A DNA stretch of 64,000 nt from Candidatus Hadarchaeota archaeon (GTDB lineage: Archaea > Hadarchaeota > Hadarchaeia > Hadarchaeales > JAGGTB01). Under the pieces are notes generated by a model that saw only the letters and a program-made list of their open reading frames with translations, searched no databases and had not been told where the DNA came from. Position 1 is the first letter of the stretch, and every line of letters begins with the position of its first letter. The translations under genes were made by a program, and so were the position numbers. Below are positions 7,491 through 17,649 of the stretch, one piece after another. The DNA lies in contig CAYLJV010000001.1 in NCBI GenBank assembly GCA_964384105.1, positions 586,594 through 650,593 on the forward strand. Direction: 5' to 3'.

Positions 7491-8873
7491 TTGAATTTGA
7501 TTGGTATTATGACCGAAAAATATGATTTTATCGTTTTTGGAGGCGGTACTGGGAATAAAGTTGCTTCTTATGCTTCAAAAAGAGGTAATAAGGTAGCTCT
7601 GATCGAGCCGGGTCCTCTCGGTGGCACTTGTATAAATCGGGGATGTAATCCTTCTAAAATGCTTATTCATCATGCAGATATTCTCGATACAATCTATAAT
7701 ACAAAAAAATTTCATATTGACGCTACTGTGAATAATGTCGATTTCGGCTCGATAACTGAGGAAATAAGTGAAACATTGGGGGAGGTTGCGAGACGAATAG
7801 GGGTCCGAAAGAAAGAGGATCCAAATCTGGACCTCTACAAAGAGGAAGGTCGTTTTACTTCTGATTTTGACGTTAGAGTTGGTAGAGAGGTTATATCCGG
7901 TGATAAGGTGATTATCGCTGCGGGAAGCAGACCATTCATCCCTCCTTCGATTAATGGATTAGATAAAATCGGTTATATTACTAGTTCTGAGGCGATGTTT
8001 CTGAATGAAAGACCAGAGGAGCTAATCATCCTGGGTGGTGGATACATCGCGGCCGAGCTGGGTTATTTCTTTGGAAGAATGGGGTCTAATGTTACCATTG
8101 TTCAGAGAAGTGATCATCTTTTGTCTAGAGAAGATCGGGAGATAGCGAAGGTTTTTACGAAGATATTCTCTGACCGGTACAGTGTTTTAACGGGGAGTTC
8201 CGTTGTAGGGGCGAGGGAGATGAAAGATGGATTTTCGATTAAAATCGTGAATCGCGCAGGAAATGAAGACATTATTGAGGGTGATGAGGTACTGGTGGCC
8301 CTGGGAAGGCGGCCTAATACTGATTTGTTGGGCCTTGAAAATACAGGAATTGAAACCGATCAGAAAGGATTTATCAAAACGGACAGTCGCTTGGAGACTA
8401 CTGTGAACAATGTTTGGGCCTTGGGTGATATTGCAGGTAATTTCATGTTTAAACATTCGGCTGACTATGAAGCTAAAGTGGTTATTGATAACGCTGTAGA
8501 AGGTAGAAATAGGGTGGCTAATTACAGTGGTGTTCCTCATGCTATCTTTGCTAACCCCCAAATAGGTGCCGTTGGTTCTACCGAACAGGAGCTTAAGGAA
8601 TCTGAAACTGATTATATCAAGGGTTACGCTAAATTTCGGGATATTGCTATGTCCAGAGCACAGAAGTTTGAGCACGGTTTCGTGAAAGTGTTGGTCAGTC
8701 CAGAAAATGGCGAGATTCTTGGATGTCATATCTTGGGACATAAGGCCTCGGTTTTGATTCACGAGATCAGTCTTGCGATAAGGAATGATCTAACTTTTGA
8801 AGAAGTTGCAGATTCGATCCATGTTCATCCTACTTTGAATAAAGTTATAGAAAAGGCCTTTGAGAACTTCTAA
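7491..8873 (+). CDS. FAD-dependent pyridine nucleotide-disulfide oxidoreductase (Lpd/mercuric-reductase-like, class I)
   Basis: 460 aa. It carries 'DFIVFGGGTGN' (FAD-binding), the redox-active disulfide 'GGTCINRGCNPSK' and a C-terminal dimerisation-domain pattern including 'HPT'. Confidence 0.8.
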   Translation: MNLIGIMTEKYDFIVFGGGTGNKVASYASKRGNKVALIEPGPLGGTCINRGCNPSKMLIHHADILDTIYNTKKFHIDATVNNVDFGSITEEISETLGEVARRIGVRKKEDPNLDLYKEEGRFTSDFDVRVGREVISGDKVIIAAGSRPFIPPSINGLDKIGYITSSEAMFLNERPEELIILGGGYIAAELGYFFGRMGSNVTIVQRSDHLLSREDREIAKVFTKIFSDRYSVLTGSSVVGAREMKDGFSIKIVNRAGNEDIIEGDEVLVALGRRPNTDLLGLENTGIETDQKGFIKTDSRLETTVNNVWALGDIAGNFMFKHSADYEAKVVIDNAVEGRNRVANYSGVPHAIFANPQIGAVGSTEQELKESETDYIKGYAKFRDIAMSRAQKFEHGFVKVLVSPENGEILGCHILGHKASVLIHEISLAIRNDLTFEEVADSIHVHPTLNKVIEKAFENF

Positions 8874-9448
8874 TATTTTTCAAGATACCTGATGAATCGG
8901 TCTATCGTCTTTTTTAGACTTTTAAAACCTTCGTTGTCTTTTATTACCCCTTCTTTTGAATCCTTGCTCCAGAATGTTGCACCCAGATTTGCTCCAAATG
9001 ACCCTCCACTGACGGGAATTATTCCATTCATGATGTAGAAGGCATGTATCTGTGTTAGTGCAGTTTCTTGCCCACCTATTCTATCACCACCAACGGCTAT
9101 TCCCATTCCAATTTTCCCTTCAAGTATCCTCTGATCTTTTGCTAGAAGAGCCCTCGTTCTATCCATTACGGCTTTGAGCTTGGCAGATATTCCATTGTTG
9201 TATACGGGAGTTGCGAGTACCAAACCCTTCGATTCTTCGAGAGCAGTAAGTATCGCATTCATCCCGTCGTTGAATGTGCATTCCTCATGTTCTAGACAAT
9301 AGTCACAATGTATGCAGAAGTTTATTTTTTCTTCTCTGAGATTTATTGTAGTCACGGGATGGTTTCGTTTTTCAATCATTTCCCGGGTCTTATCGATTAC
9401 ATATTTAGTAGCTTCTTCTCTTGGGCTACTGTCTATGCATAAGATCAT
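8870..9448 (-). CDS. Iron-sulfur flavoprotein (ISF) / NADPH-dependent FMN reductase family
   Basis: 192 aa. Flavodoxin-like fold with the compact cysteine motif 'CIHCDYCLEHEEC' (Cx2Cx2Cx5C) that is characteristic of archaeal ISF. Its 3' end overlaps the convergent gene by 4 nt. Confidence 0.75.
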   Translation of the reverse strand: MILCIDSSPREEATKYVIDKTREMIEKRNHPVTTINLREEKINFCIHCDYCLEHEECTFNDGMNAILTALEESKGLVLATPVYNNGISAKLKAVMDRTRALLAKDQRILEGKIGMGIAVGGDRIGGQETALTQIHAFYIMNGIIPVSGGSFGANLGATFWSKDSKEGVIKDNEGFKSLKKTIDRFIRYLEKY

Positions 9449-9517
9449 GTGTTTACTGATTTGAATTTCATAACTAAAATACTCGCTGCCTATAACGGGT
9501 ATTTGAAAATTCCTAGC

Positions 9518-9754
9518 TTATTCAATAATAACGCTTGTGTTGGTATCGGTGACTCCTTCAACTTTGCCTATTTCCTCTATTACCACGTTCATTAGTGTGG
9601 ACATATCACTGGCTTCCGCCATTACAATTAAGTCAAAAGGTCCCGTAACAATGTGAATGTTTTTTACTCCTTCGATTTCTTCAATGCTTTCTAGTACATT
9701 TCTTACTTTTCCTACACCGGTTGTGACTAATACATATGCTTCAACCATTTTCAT
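9518..9754 (-). CDS. Stand-alone Lrp/AsnC C-terminal (RAM) domain protein
   Basis: 78 aa. 'VEAYVLVTTGVGK...VTGPFDLIVMAEASDMSTL...V' is a paralog of 408..635. Confidence 0.6.
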   Translation of the reverse strand: MKMVEAYVLVTTGVGKVRNVLESIEEIEGVKNIHIVTGPFDLIVMAEASDMSTLMNVVIEEIGKVEGVTDTNTSVIIE

Positions 9755-9958
9755 TACCTATAGTTAAGGTTTGTTTTCATTCCTTATTATTTATGATTTT
9801 GTTTTTTAATTAGGTTGCATTTAATAATATCTTTCTATATCTTTAGCTTTTCTCAATTGGTTAATAAATTTCTCAGGGATATTCTTCGTTTTTCCAAAAA
9901 TTTAAGTGTCAGATGGAAGTTAAAATTTACCACGTCCTTTTGAGTTAGGGGGGATAAA

Positions 9959-10099
9959 TTGAATGGAAATGGTAGTTGGGAGAATTTTAGCACCGAGGCC
10001 CTTTTAAAGGAAATGAAAAAATATGGGGAGGAAATTAAGAATTTAAAGGCCAGCATTTACGCTATCAAGGCCGAACTGAAAAAGAGAGACGAAATATAA
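9959..10099 (+). CDS. Possible small charged/coiled-coil protein (46 aa). It is not in the ORF track.
   Basis: A TTG start 5 nt after 'GGGGGGAT'. The translation is LNGNGSWENFSTEALLKEMKKYGEEIKNLKASIYAIKAELKKRDEI. It looks more plausible than the low-complexity antisense ORF at 9853..10056. Confidence 0.2.
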   Translation: MNGNGSWENFSTEALLKEMKKYGEEIKNLKASIYAIKAELKKRDEI

Positions 10100-10148
10100 T
10101 TTTTCTTCTACCAATTATTCTAAGAAAATTCTATTTTCGAGATTTAGT

Positions 10149-10766
10149 CTAAATATTTAAATCGATTTCTTCGACCAGTTTCTTGTATCTCTTTCTTATT
10201 TTACTGTTTAAATTGAGGAAGAGCCCTCTTGCCTTCTTTCTCTTTTCTACTTCCAAAAATCTTTTCTTGATTTTATGGCAAGATTCCTCAGTTGGTAGGT
10301 TCCAAGTAAGGTCGTACAGGTCCCTAGCAGTTGGTATTTTTCTATATTGAATCGAGTGGTTAGTTGTGGTGTAAGGTACCCGAGATCCTATTTTCTTTAT
10401 AGTTTCATTCATCAAGATAAGAGACGGGCATTTTATCCCGCTAGCTCCTAAAACAGTTTTTAAAGGATATAGTCGGCAGGCGATTGGTCTCGCAGAATAT
10501 ATCTCACAATTGTTTTCTTTTGTTAGAAAGGGGCAGGGTGAAACATGTTTTTTATAACTTATTTCGTCTTTGTCTGCTTTTCCTTCCAGGTATTCTTTTA
10601 TGAATTCTATCGGCTCCTTTTTGAGGTATTTAGATGCTTTATCAATATCTCTAAGGGACCATTCGGTTCCTAAATTACTACAACACTCGCCGCATTTGCT
10701 ACAAACGAAGGGGATTATTACATCGCCCCAACTTTTGATCCAGAAATGCTGGATTTTGAATATCAT
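10149..10766 (-). CDS. YkgJ-family putative Zn/Fe-chelating protein (CxxCxxCC motif, UPF0153)
   Basis: 205 aa. It has 'CSKCGECC' near the N-terminus and further Cys at 'CPF...C..Y..RP..CRLYP', which is typical of the PF03692 family. Confidence 0.6.
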   Translation of the reverse strand: MIFKIQHFWIKSWGDVIIPFVCSKCGECCSNLGTEWSLRDIDKASKYLKKEPIEFIKEYLEGKADKDEISYKKHVSPCPFLTKENNCEIYSARPIACRLYPLKTVLGASGIKCPSLILMNETIKKIGSRVPYTTTNHSIQYRKIPTARDLYDLTWNLPTEESCHKIKKRFLEVEKRKKARGLFLNLNSKIRKRYKKLVEEIDLNI

Positions 10767-10936
10767 TTTAGGCTATTATTTTTGGTAATGAGGAGATTTT
10801 CTATACTTGGAGAAGGGTGGTATACTGTTCGTAAATCCTCCTCTCAGATACTATTTATCTTCATTATTATGTAGAGTTTTTGGCCAAATCGTGTCCATTA
10901 AACTTTATTAAAACATTTGATTAAATATTCAATTAT

Positions 10937-11221
10937 ATGATTGAGGACAAACTTCTGAAAAAAACTGGAGAAATGTTTAGGATTTTGGGGGACCCAACCC
11001 GGCTTAAGATTTTATTGAATATATCGGATGATGAGAAATGTGTTCATGAAATCGCCAAAGTAACTAAATCGAACATTTCTAACGTTTCGCATCATCTCAG
11101 GAAAATGAAAGACAAAGATCTAGTTGATTATCGGAAGGAGGGGCGTCACAAGTTCTACAAATTGAAGGATGATCATGTTCTCTCTATGATTCGTGAGGGA
11201 ATAGCACATGCAAGAGAATGA
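10937..11221 (+). CDS. ArsR/SmtB-family metalloregulator
   Basis: 94 aa. 'FRILGDPTRLKILLNI...CVHEIA.......SNVSHHLRKMKDKDLV' is the ArsR HTH signature. It overlaps the downstream P-type ATPase start by 14 nt. Confidence 0.8.
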   Translation: MIEDKLLKKTGEMFRILGDPTRLKILLNISDDEKCVHEIAKVTKSNISNVSHHLRKMKDKDLVDYRKEGRHKFYKLKDDHVLSMIREGIAHARE

Positions 11222-13310
11222 AACTGAATATGATTCGTGTCAAGTTTGCGATGATTCTGAAAGTTCAGGTATTTCGGGGAAACTTACGGTCGAATCGGCT
11301 AGAGACATTTGGAAGAGTGAAAGGGCAATTAAAAACTGGGTTGGGGGAGTGATATTAGGAATCGGTTTTATCTTTTTAATTTTCAGTAGTTTTAATGAAT
11401 CAGTTATAATCTTTAGAGGGGAAATATTTTCTATTTCAGATCTGCTTTTCGTTCTTAGCATGGGGGTTGGGGGTGGAACTATTTTGCGAAATGGGTACAT
11501 ATCATTAAAGAAAAGAAACCTTACAATAAGCCTTCTTATGAGTGTTGCTATTCTAAGTTCTATCGTAGTGAGCGTTTTTGGAGGAAGACATCTTTTTTTG
11601 GAAGGGGCCACTCTCGCTTTCCTATTTAATTTCGCCGAGCTCCTAGAAGATTATTCGATAGAAAAAGCCCGCGGTTCTCTGAAAGAGTTGATGGATCTTT
11701 CCCCGGATAAAGCGATCGTTAGAAGGAATGGCGAAAAGGTCGAAATTCCCGTTGAACAGGTTGAGAAAGGTGAGATTGTTGTAATAAAACCTGGAGATCG
11801 AATTGCAGTTGATGGAGAAATAATTGAAGGGAATAGTTCGGTAAATCAGGCTCCGGTTACCGGTGAAAGTATTCCTGTGGATAAACGGGTGGGTGACAAA
11901 GTTTATGCTGGTACGATTAATGAGCAGGGATACTTGGAGATAAAATCTGCCAGTACTGCTGCCGAAAGCACGATATCTAAGATAGTAGAGTTGGTTAGGG
12001 GAGCTGAAAGAAAGAGAACTGAACAGGAAAAGTTTATAGAAAAATTCTCTTCATATTACACTCCCTTTGTTGTGCTTATTGCTGTAGCAATTATTTTGAT
12101 TCCACCATTACTCTTGGGAAGTACTTGGTCTACTTGGTTTATTAGGGGTATTACTATGTTAGTTTTGGCATGTCCTTGCGCTTTTGTGATAAGCACTCCA
12201 GTTAGTGTAGTTTCGGGAATAACTAATGCTGCAAAAAATGGGGTTTTGATATCGGGGGGGAATAGTTTAGAGGCTATGGGAAATGTGTCAGTTATAGCTT
12301 TTGATAAGACGGGCACTCTTACAAAAGGGAAACTTAACGTAACGGATGTAATCCCTTTGAACGGTAGAACAGAGGAGGATGTGATTAAATGTGCATGTGG
12401 CGTAGAAGAGAGAAGTGATCATCCTATTGCAAGGGCTATTGTAAATCACGTGAAGAAGAGTCACGATATTAGCCACGAGCATGGTATTTCAGAGTTTGAA
12501 GAGCTTAGCGGCAAGGGAGTCACTGCGAATTTGGAAGGTAAAAAACACTATGCTGGCAAACCTTCCTTGATAGAAGAACTTGAATTTGACTTGTCTCATG
12601 TGCACCACTCTTCGGATGATGAGCGGATTAGGGATGAAGCAGAGTGGATGTGTGAAAAAGGAAAATGTTTGAATCTCCTTGAGGAGACTATTCCTAGACT
12701 CCAGAGAGAGGGAAAGACGGTTATCCTTGTCACTGCAGAAAACAAACTTGAGGGTATTATAGCTATTGCAGACGAAATTAGAGAGGAAGCGAAAGCTGTA
12801 GTTTCATGGTTTAATTCTAGAGGAATAAAAACCGTGATGTTAACTGGCGATAATGAACGGGCCGCCAAAGCGATTTCTGAAGAGATTGGAATCAAGGAAT
12901 ACAAAGCAGAATTGTTACCTGAAGATAAGGTTAATGAGCTGAAATTATTTTCCGAGAAATATGGAGTTGTCGCGATGGTTGGTGATGGGATAAATGATGC
13001 GCCGGCCTTAGCAGCGGCTGATGTGGGTATCGCAATGGGTGTTTCTGGGACAGATACTGCGGTCGAAACGGCGGATATAGCTCTCCTTCAAGACGATCTT
13101 TCTAAACTACCGTATCTACAAAGATTATCTCGGAAGGCAAATCGAGTTATTAGAAGTAATATCTATGCTAGTTTGGGTATCAAGGCTTTACTTGCGATAG
13201 GTGTGCCTCTGGGATATGTTTCAATTGCACTGGCAGTCCTTGCTGGAGATGCAGGTATGACTGTCGGCGTGACAGGAAATGCTTTAAGGCTTTCTAGATT
13301 GAAGCCTTGA
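11208..13310 (+). CDS. Heavy-metal-translocating P1B-type ATPase
   Basis: 700 aa. TM 'CPC' motif (LVLACPCAFVISTP), phosphorylation motif 'DKTGTLT' and 'GDGINDAPAL'. It has no ferredoxin-fold HMA domain. Instead it has an N-terminal Cys cluster (CQVCDD) and a His/Cys-rich insertion (SHVHHSSDDERIRDEAEWMCEKGKC) in the cytoplasmic domain. Confidence 0.9.
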   Translation: MQENETEYDSCQVCDDSESSGISGKLTVESARDIWKSERAIKNWVGGVILGIGFIFLIFSSFNESVIIFRGEIFSISDLLFVLSMGVGGGTILRNGYISLKKRNLTISLLMSVAILSSIVVSVFGGRHLFLEGATLAFLFNFAELLEDYSIEKARGSLKELMDLSPDKAIVRRNGEKVEIPVEQVEKGEIVVIKPGDRIAVDGEIIEGNSSVNQAPVTGESIPVDKRVGDKVYAGTINEQGYLEIKSASTAAESTISKIVELVRGAERKRTEQEKFIEKFSSYYTPFVVLIAVAIILIPPLLLGSTWSTWFIRGITMLVLACPCAFVISTPVSVVSGITNAAKNGVLISGGNSLEAMGNVSVIAFDKTGTLTKGKLNVTDVIPLNGRTEEDVIKCACGVEERSDHPIARAIVNHVKKSHDISHEHGISEFEELSGKGVTANLEGKKHYAGKPSLIEELEFDLSHVHHSSDDERIRDEAEWMCEKGKCLNLLEETIPRLQREGKTVILVTAENKLEGIIAIADEIREEAKAVVSWFNSRGIKTVMLTGDNERAAKAISEEIGIKEYKAELLPEDKVNELKLFSEKYGVVAMVGDGINDAPALAAADVGIAMGVSGTDTAVETADIALLQDDLSKLPYLQRLSRKANRVIRSNIYASLGIKALLAIGVPLGYVSIALAVLAGDAGMTVGVTGNALRLSRLKP

Positions 13311-13402
13311 AATCTCATAGATTTTAGAGGTATTGTAATTACTTAGTTTAGCAGTTACTATTTTTAGTTGTCTTATTTGCAAATTTCTGAAAATTATACT
13401 GA

Positions 13403-13687
13403 TTAACACGTGTCTACTGAGAGTTTTCTAATTTCTTCTAGGAATTCGGGTATTTCGGGAGTAGATAAACTGTAGATTATATTTCGTCCTTCCCTTCTTC
13501 TGCTTATTAATTTGCATTTTAGCAAGGCTTTTAGATGATGGGAAACCAGGGACTGTTCTTCTTCTAACTCTGCCATTATATCACTAACACATTTTTCTTC
13601 GTTCTCTAGTAGTTTGAGGATTTTGTATCTGATTTCATTTCCAACGCACTTAAGGAGTCTAATTTCGTCTTCTACATTTCCTTCCAC
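13403..13687 (-). CDS. arsR: ArsR-family transcriptional regulator
   Basis: 94 aa. 'KILKLLENEEKCVSDIMAEL...SLVSHHLKALLKCKLI' is the ArsR signature. It is divergent from the ACR3 gene. Confidence 0.8.
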   Translation of the reverse strand: MEGNVEDEIRLLKCVGNEIRYKILKLLENEEKCVSDIMAELEEEQSLVSHHLKALLKCKLISRRREGRNIIYSLSTPEIPEFLEEIRKLSVDTC

Positions 13688-13797
13688 TTTTTTACCCCCA
13701 CAATATTATCATTTCTAGTTCGATATAATTAGTTAATTATATATATGAATTATCCATCATATGAAAATAAAATCATATCTTTACAGGTAGTTGTATA

Positions 13798-14874
13798 ATG
13801 ACAGAAGATTCTCTTGGGGAAAGAGTACGGGAGGAAGGTGAAAGTTTAGAACATGGGCTTAGTTTCTTTGAAAAGTATCTCTCTGTCTGGGTGGCTCTTT
13901 GTATCGTGTTCGGGATAATTCTGGGAAGGGTCCTCCCGGTCGTTCCAGATACATTAAGTAAATTTGAATATGCACAAGTCAATATCCCTGTTGCTATCCT
14001 GATATGGTTTATGATATACCCAATGATGGTGGAAATAGATTTCCAAAGTATTTTGGAAGTGAGAGAAAAACCGAGAGGTCTTCTCGTAACGTGGGTTTCG
14101 AATTGGTTGATTAAACCTTTTAGCATGTACCTGATATTTTGGTTCTTTATGACGAGAGTTTTTGATTCGTTTATATCATCGGGATTGCAGAGTGAATATA
14201 TCGCAGGTGCTGTGTTACTTGGTGCTGCGCCTTGTACGGCTATGGTATTTGTGTGGAGTTATCTCTCAGATGGAGATTCCGCTTATACCTTGGTTCAGGT
14301 TGCAACAAATGATATAATACTTCTGTTTGCCTATGTTCCCATAGTTACATTTCTGTTGGGTATCGGTGGTATAGCAGTTCCCTACGATACTTTGATTCTT
14401 TCCGTGGTCTTGTTCATATTAATACCCCTAACAGCGGGTTACCTATCAAGAAAACACTTGATTAATAAGAATGGCAGAGACTGGTTTGAGAATAAATTCC
14501 TGAAAAAAATAGGGGATTTAACAATAATAGGTCTGCTCCTGACTTTGATTCTTCTCTTTTCGTTCCAGGGTGATGTGATAGTGAATAATCCGATCCATAT
14601 AGCACTGATTGCGGTCCCACTAATTATACAAACCTTTTTCATTTTCTCTATAGCCTATGGCTGGTCTTTCCTATGGAAGCTTGATCACGAAATAGCCGCT
14701 CCTGCATCGATGATTGGAGCTAGCAACTTTTTTGAGCTTGCAGTGGCCGTGGCAATTTCGGTTTTTGGAATAGCCTCTGGCGCGGCTCTCGCTACTGTGG
14801 TTGGTGTACTCGTGGAGGTTCCCTTAATGCTTTCGTTAGTTGGATTCGTAAACAAAACAAGGAAATATTTCTAG
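13798..14874 (+). CDS. acr3: Arsenite efflux transporter, ACR3 family
   Basis: 358 aa with about 10 TM segments. The N-terminus 'LSFFEKYLSVWVALCIVFGIILG' and the overall topology match ACR3/ArsB-type arsenical-resistance permeases. It is divergent from arsR. Confidence 0.8.
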   Translation: MTEDSLGERVREEGESLEHGLSFFEKYLSVWVALCIVFGIILGRVLPVVPDTLSKFEYAQVNIPVAILIWFMIYPMMVEIDFQSILEVREKPRGLLVTWVSNWLIKPFSMYLIFWFFMTRVFDSFISSGLQSEYIAGAVLLGAAPCTAMVFVWSYLSDGDSAYTLVQVATNDIILLFAYVPIVTFLLGIGGIAVPYDTLILSVVLFILIPLTAGYLSRKHLINKNGRDWFENKFLKKIGDLTIIGLLLTLILLFSFQGDVIVNNPIHIALIAVPLIIQTFFIFSIAYGWSFLWKLDHEIAAPASMIGASNFFELAVAVAISVFGIASGAALATVVGVLVEVPLMLSLVGFVNKTRKYF

Positions 14875-14964
14875 CATTGACGATTTGCTTTCGATTTTGA
14901 ATAAAAGGAAAATCTAAATAAGGGGTAATAAAAGGGTTTTTCCGGGTTCAATTGAGGGAGATTA

Positions 14965-15168
14965 TTATTCTTCCCAGCTTATTGCGTTTACGGGACAGCC
15001 ATCAATAGCCCTCTGGATGGTATCTTCGTCGGCCCCTTCTGGATCTTTTACAGTGGATATTCCTTCATCATCTAGTTCAAAAACTTCCGAAGCCAAGGCA
15101 ACACAAACTGCATGCCCCTGACATTTATCTCTATCGACTACAGGTTTTTTCAAAATTTCACCTCCCAT
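14965..15168 (-). CDS. Small ferredoxin (Pyrococcus-type single-cluster Fd)
   Basis: 67 aa. 'DRDKCQGHAVCVALASEVFELDDEG...DGCPVNAI' fits the CxxHxxC...CP pattern. Confidence 0.7.
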   Translation of the reverse strand: MGGEILKKPVVDRDKCQGHAVCVALASEVFELDDEGISTVKDPEGADEDTIQRAIDGCPVNAISWEE

Positions 15169-15274
15169 GAATTAATCTTTTCTATATCTATTCTATCTTT
15201 TGCAAAAAATAAAAAAGAAAGGTTGTGGGTTGAGGCTAGTTGACAAACGGTTTTCTAAGAGAATCGATTTCTCT

Positions 15275-17584
15275 TCAGTAATAAGCACTGGTGCTCTCTT
15301 TAACTTCTTGACCTATTCGTTTTCCCTGTTTCTTTTCGAATTCTTTGTAAGTGTCGACTATTTCTTCAGTGATCGAACCGTGTATCGATTTCAGGGCTTC
15401 TTCAAAGTTCTCCTTAGTGACCTTGTTGGCCTTTACATCGCTTCTTAGGGCAAGCATTCCGGCTTCTTTGCATACCGCCGCTATGTCCGCACCACTGTAC
15501 CCATCAGTTTTCTCTGCCAATTCCTCTAGATCTACGTCCGATGTCAGCGGCATTTTCTCGGTGTGGATTTCGAATATCTTTTTCCTAGCTTCCTTATCGG
15601 GTGCCGGGACCATCATGATTCGATCGAGTCTACCTGGTCTTAGTAAGGCTGAGTCAATCAGATCAGGTCTGTTTGTAGCACCGATTACCATTACGTTTTC
15701 TAATTCTTCCAGTCCGTCCATCTCAGTGAGAATTTGGCTGAGAACTCTTTCCCCTACTTGGGATCCACCTATGGACGTTCCTCGCTTTGGTACCATCGCG
15801 TCTATTTCGTCGAAGAATATTACAGTGGGTGCTGCCTGTCTTGCCTTCTTGAATGTTTCTCTGACCCCCTTCTCGGATTCACCGACCCACTTGGATAGTA
15901 ACTCGGGTCCTTTTATTGAGATGAAGTTTGCATTACTCTCCGTGGCCACCGCACGAGCCAACATTGTCTTACCCGTTCCAGGAGGTCCGTAGAGCAATAC
16001 ACCATTAGGAGCTTTTATTCCAAGATTGTCGAACATTTCTGGATTGTTCAGTGGCCACTCTACCGATTCACGAAGTTTTTGTTTCACTTCTTCTAAACCA
16101 CCAACATCATCCCAGTGGGTGTCTGGAACTTGGACTAGAACCTCCCTCATCGCCGAGGGTTCTACTTGTTGGAGGGATTTTCTGAAGTTCTCTCCAGTGA
16201 CCTCTAGTTTCTCCAGTGTTTCTGAGGGGATTCTCTTTTCCTCGAGGTCAATTTCGGGTAGTATATCTCTTAGCGCATCCATTGCTGCCTCTCTGGCCAG
16301 AGCGGCTAGATCGGCTCCGACGTATCCATGTGTGCTGTCAGTGATTTTGTCAAGATTAACGTCATCGCTCATTGGCATCCCCCGTGTGTGGATTTGGAGT
16401 ATCTCTTTACGACCTTCTCTGCTGGGGACTCCCACTTCTATTTCACGATCGAATCTGCCGGGTCGCCGTAGTGCGGGGTCGACAGCGTTTACCCTGTTAG
16501 TTGCGGCTATCACCACTATCTTGCCTCTGGCTTCAAGGCCGTCCATCAGGGAGAGTAGCTGTGAAACGACACGTTTTTCCACATCTCCGGTGGTCTCTTC
16601 TCGTTTTGTTGCTATCGCGTCGATTTCGTCTATGAATATTATGGATGGTGCATTCTTTTTGGCTTCCTCAAAGATCTCTCTTATCTTCTTCTCGGATTCG
16701 CCGTAGAATTTTGACATTATCTCGGGGCCAGCTACGGATTGGAAGTATGCATCCGATTCATTTGCCACAGCTTTTGCTATCAGGGTTTTTCCGGTTCCGG
16801 GTGGTCCATGGAGTAGAACTCCTTTTGGAGGTTCTATTCCCAGCCTGTCGAAGAGTTCAGGGTGTTTGAGAGGCAGTTCGACCATCTCTCGAACTCGCTG
16901 AATTTCTTTCTCTAGACCACCTATATCCTCATAAGTGACTGTGGGTGCTGCGGCTTCCTCGATTTCGACTGGTTTAGATGAAAGGTTTACCTTTGTTTGT
17001 CTTGTGACTAGTACGATATCGTCGGGTTTTGCGTTTGTTACTACGAATCGAATTTCGCCAAGTCCGAAGGAGGATGACGAAGGTGAGGCTTCTTTGAACA
17101 TGTCACCAAAGAATTGAGATATTATCGAGTCGGCTCCCCATTGAACTTTCTGTTGGAATCCTGTAGGTGTTATTAAGTCGCCTTTTGAGGCCGGTCGGCC
17201 TAAGAGACTCCTTTTGAGGGCTCTTCCCCCGCCTTGGATTCTAATATTTTTATCGGTGGGAGCTATTGTTATTCTTTCGGCCTCTTTTACATCTGCTTTT
17301 TTGACTGTTACTTTTTCACCGATAGAAGTGCCAGCGTTTTTTCTTTCCAAACCGTCAAGCCTTATGATGTCTAGGCCTTCGTCTTCTCTGTAACTCGATC
17401 TGATAATTGCTCCGGTTTTATTTGTTCCTTCTATCTCTACTATGTCGCCTTGCTTGATCCCTAATCTTTCCATTCCACTCCGGCTTATCCTTGCCACACT
17501 TCTTCCCACGTCTTGCTGTCTGCGTGCTTCTGCTACGGTAAGTCGTATTCCGTCTTTTTTATTATCTTCCGACATCTTTTTCAC
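15275..17584 (-). CDS. cdc48: CDC48/VCP-like AAA+ ATPase (VAT), two AAA domains
   Basis: 769 aa. It has the N-domain (VAEA...GRSVARI...GDIVEIEG), two Walker A sites ([18 protein letters not shown]), two Walker B sites ([18 protein letters not shown]) and second-region-of-homology (SRH) motifs. The several antisense ORFs inside it are spurious. Confidence 0.95.
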   Translation of the reverse strand: MKKMSEDNKKDGIRLTVAEARRQQDVGRSVARISRSGMERLGIKQGDIVEIEGTNKTGAIIRSSYREDEGLDIIRLDGLERKNAGTSIGEKVTVKKADVKEAERITIAPTDKNIRIQGGGRALKRSLLGRPASKGDLITPTGFQQKVQWGADSIISQFFGDMFKEASPSSSSFGLGEIRFVVTNAKPDDIVLVTRQTKVNLSSKPVEIEEAAAPTVTYEDIGGLEKEIQRVREMVELPLKHPELFDRLGIEPPKGVLLHGPPGTGKTLIAKAVANESDAYFQSVAGPEIMSKFYGESEKKIREIFEEAKKNAPSIIFIDEIDAIATKREETTGDVEKRVVSQLLSLMDGLEARGKIVVIAATNRVNAVDPALRRPGRFDREIEVGVPSREGRKEILQIHTRGMPMSDDVNLDKITDSTHGYVGADLAALAREAAMDALRDILPEIDLEEKRIPSETLEKLEVTGENFRKSLQQVEPSAMREVLVQVPDTHWDDVGGLEEVKQKLRESVEWPLNNPEMFDNLGIKAPNGVLLYGPPGTGKTMLARAVATESNANFISIKGPELLSKWVGESEKGVRETFKKARQAAPTVIFFDEIDAMVPKRGTSIGGSQVGERVLSQILTEMDGLEELENVMVIGATNRPDLIDSALLRPGRLDRIMMVPAPDKEARKKIFEIHTEKMPLTSDVDLEELAEKTDGYSGADIAAVCKEAGMLALRSDVKANKVTKENFEEALKSIHGSITEEIVDTYKEFEKKQGKRIGQEVKESTSAYY

Positions 17585-17591
17585 CTTTTAG

Positions 17592-17609
17592 TTGTTATAA
17601 TTATAACAA
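17592..17609. promoter_or_regulatory. Perfect 18-bp palindrome TTGTTATAATTATAACAA, 8 nt upstream of the cdc48 start
   Basis: Read directly from the sequence. It shares the form TTGTT-N8-AACAA with the two elements at 17626 and 17935. Confidence 0.4.
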
Positions 17610-17625
17610 ACCTTATTTAAAGTTT

Positions 17626-17643
17626 TTGTTGTATATATAACAA
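17626..17643. promoter_or_regulatory. 18-bp TATA-containing element TTGTTGTATATATAACAA in the cdc48 promoter region
   Basis: It is identical to the 18-mer at 17935..17952 upstream of the adjacent small ORF. Confidence 0.4.
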
Positions 17644-17649
17644 ATTTTT

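Noticed and set aside
15351-17117. A series of 60-226-aa + strand ORFs inside the cdc48 locus (15351..15992, 16026..16706, 16645..16869, 16935..17117).
   Set aside because: They are antisense to a high-confidence 769-aa AAA+ ATPase gene. Their translations are Ser/Arg/Pro-rich low-complexity sequences with no motifs. They are typical shadow ORFs.
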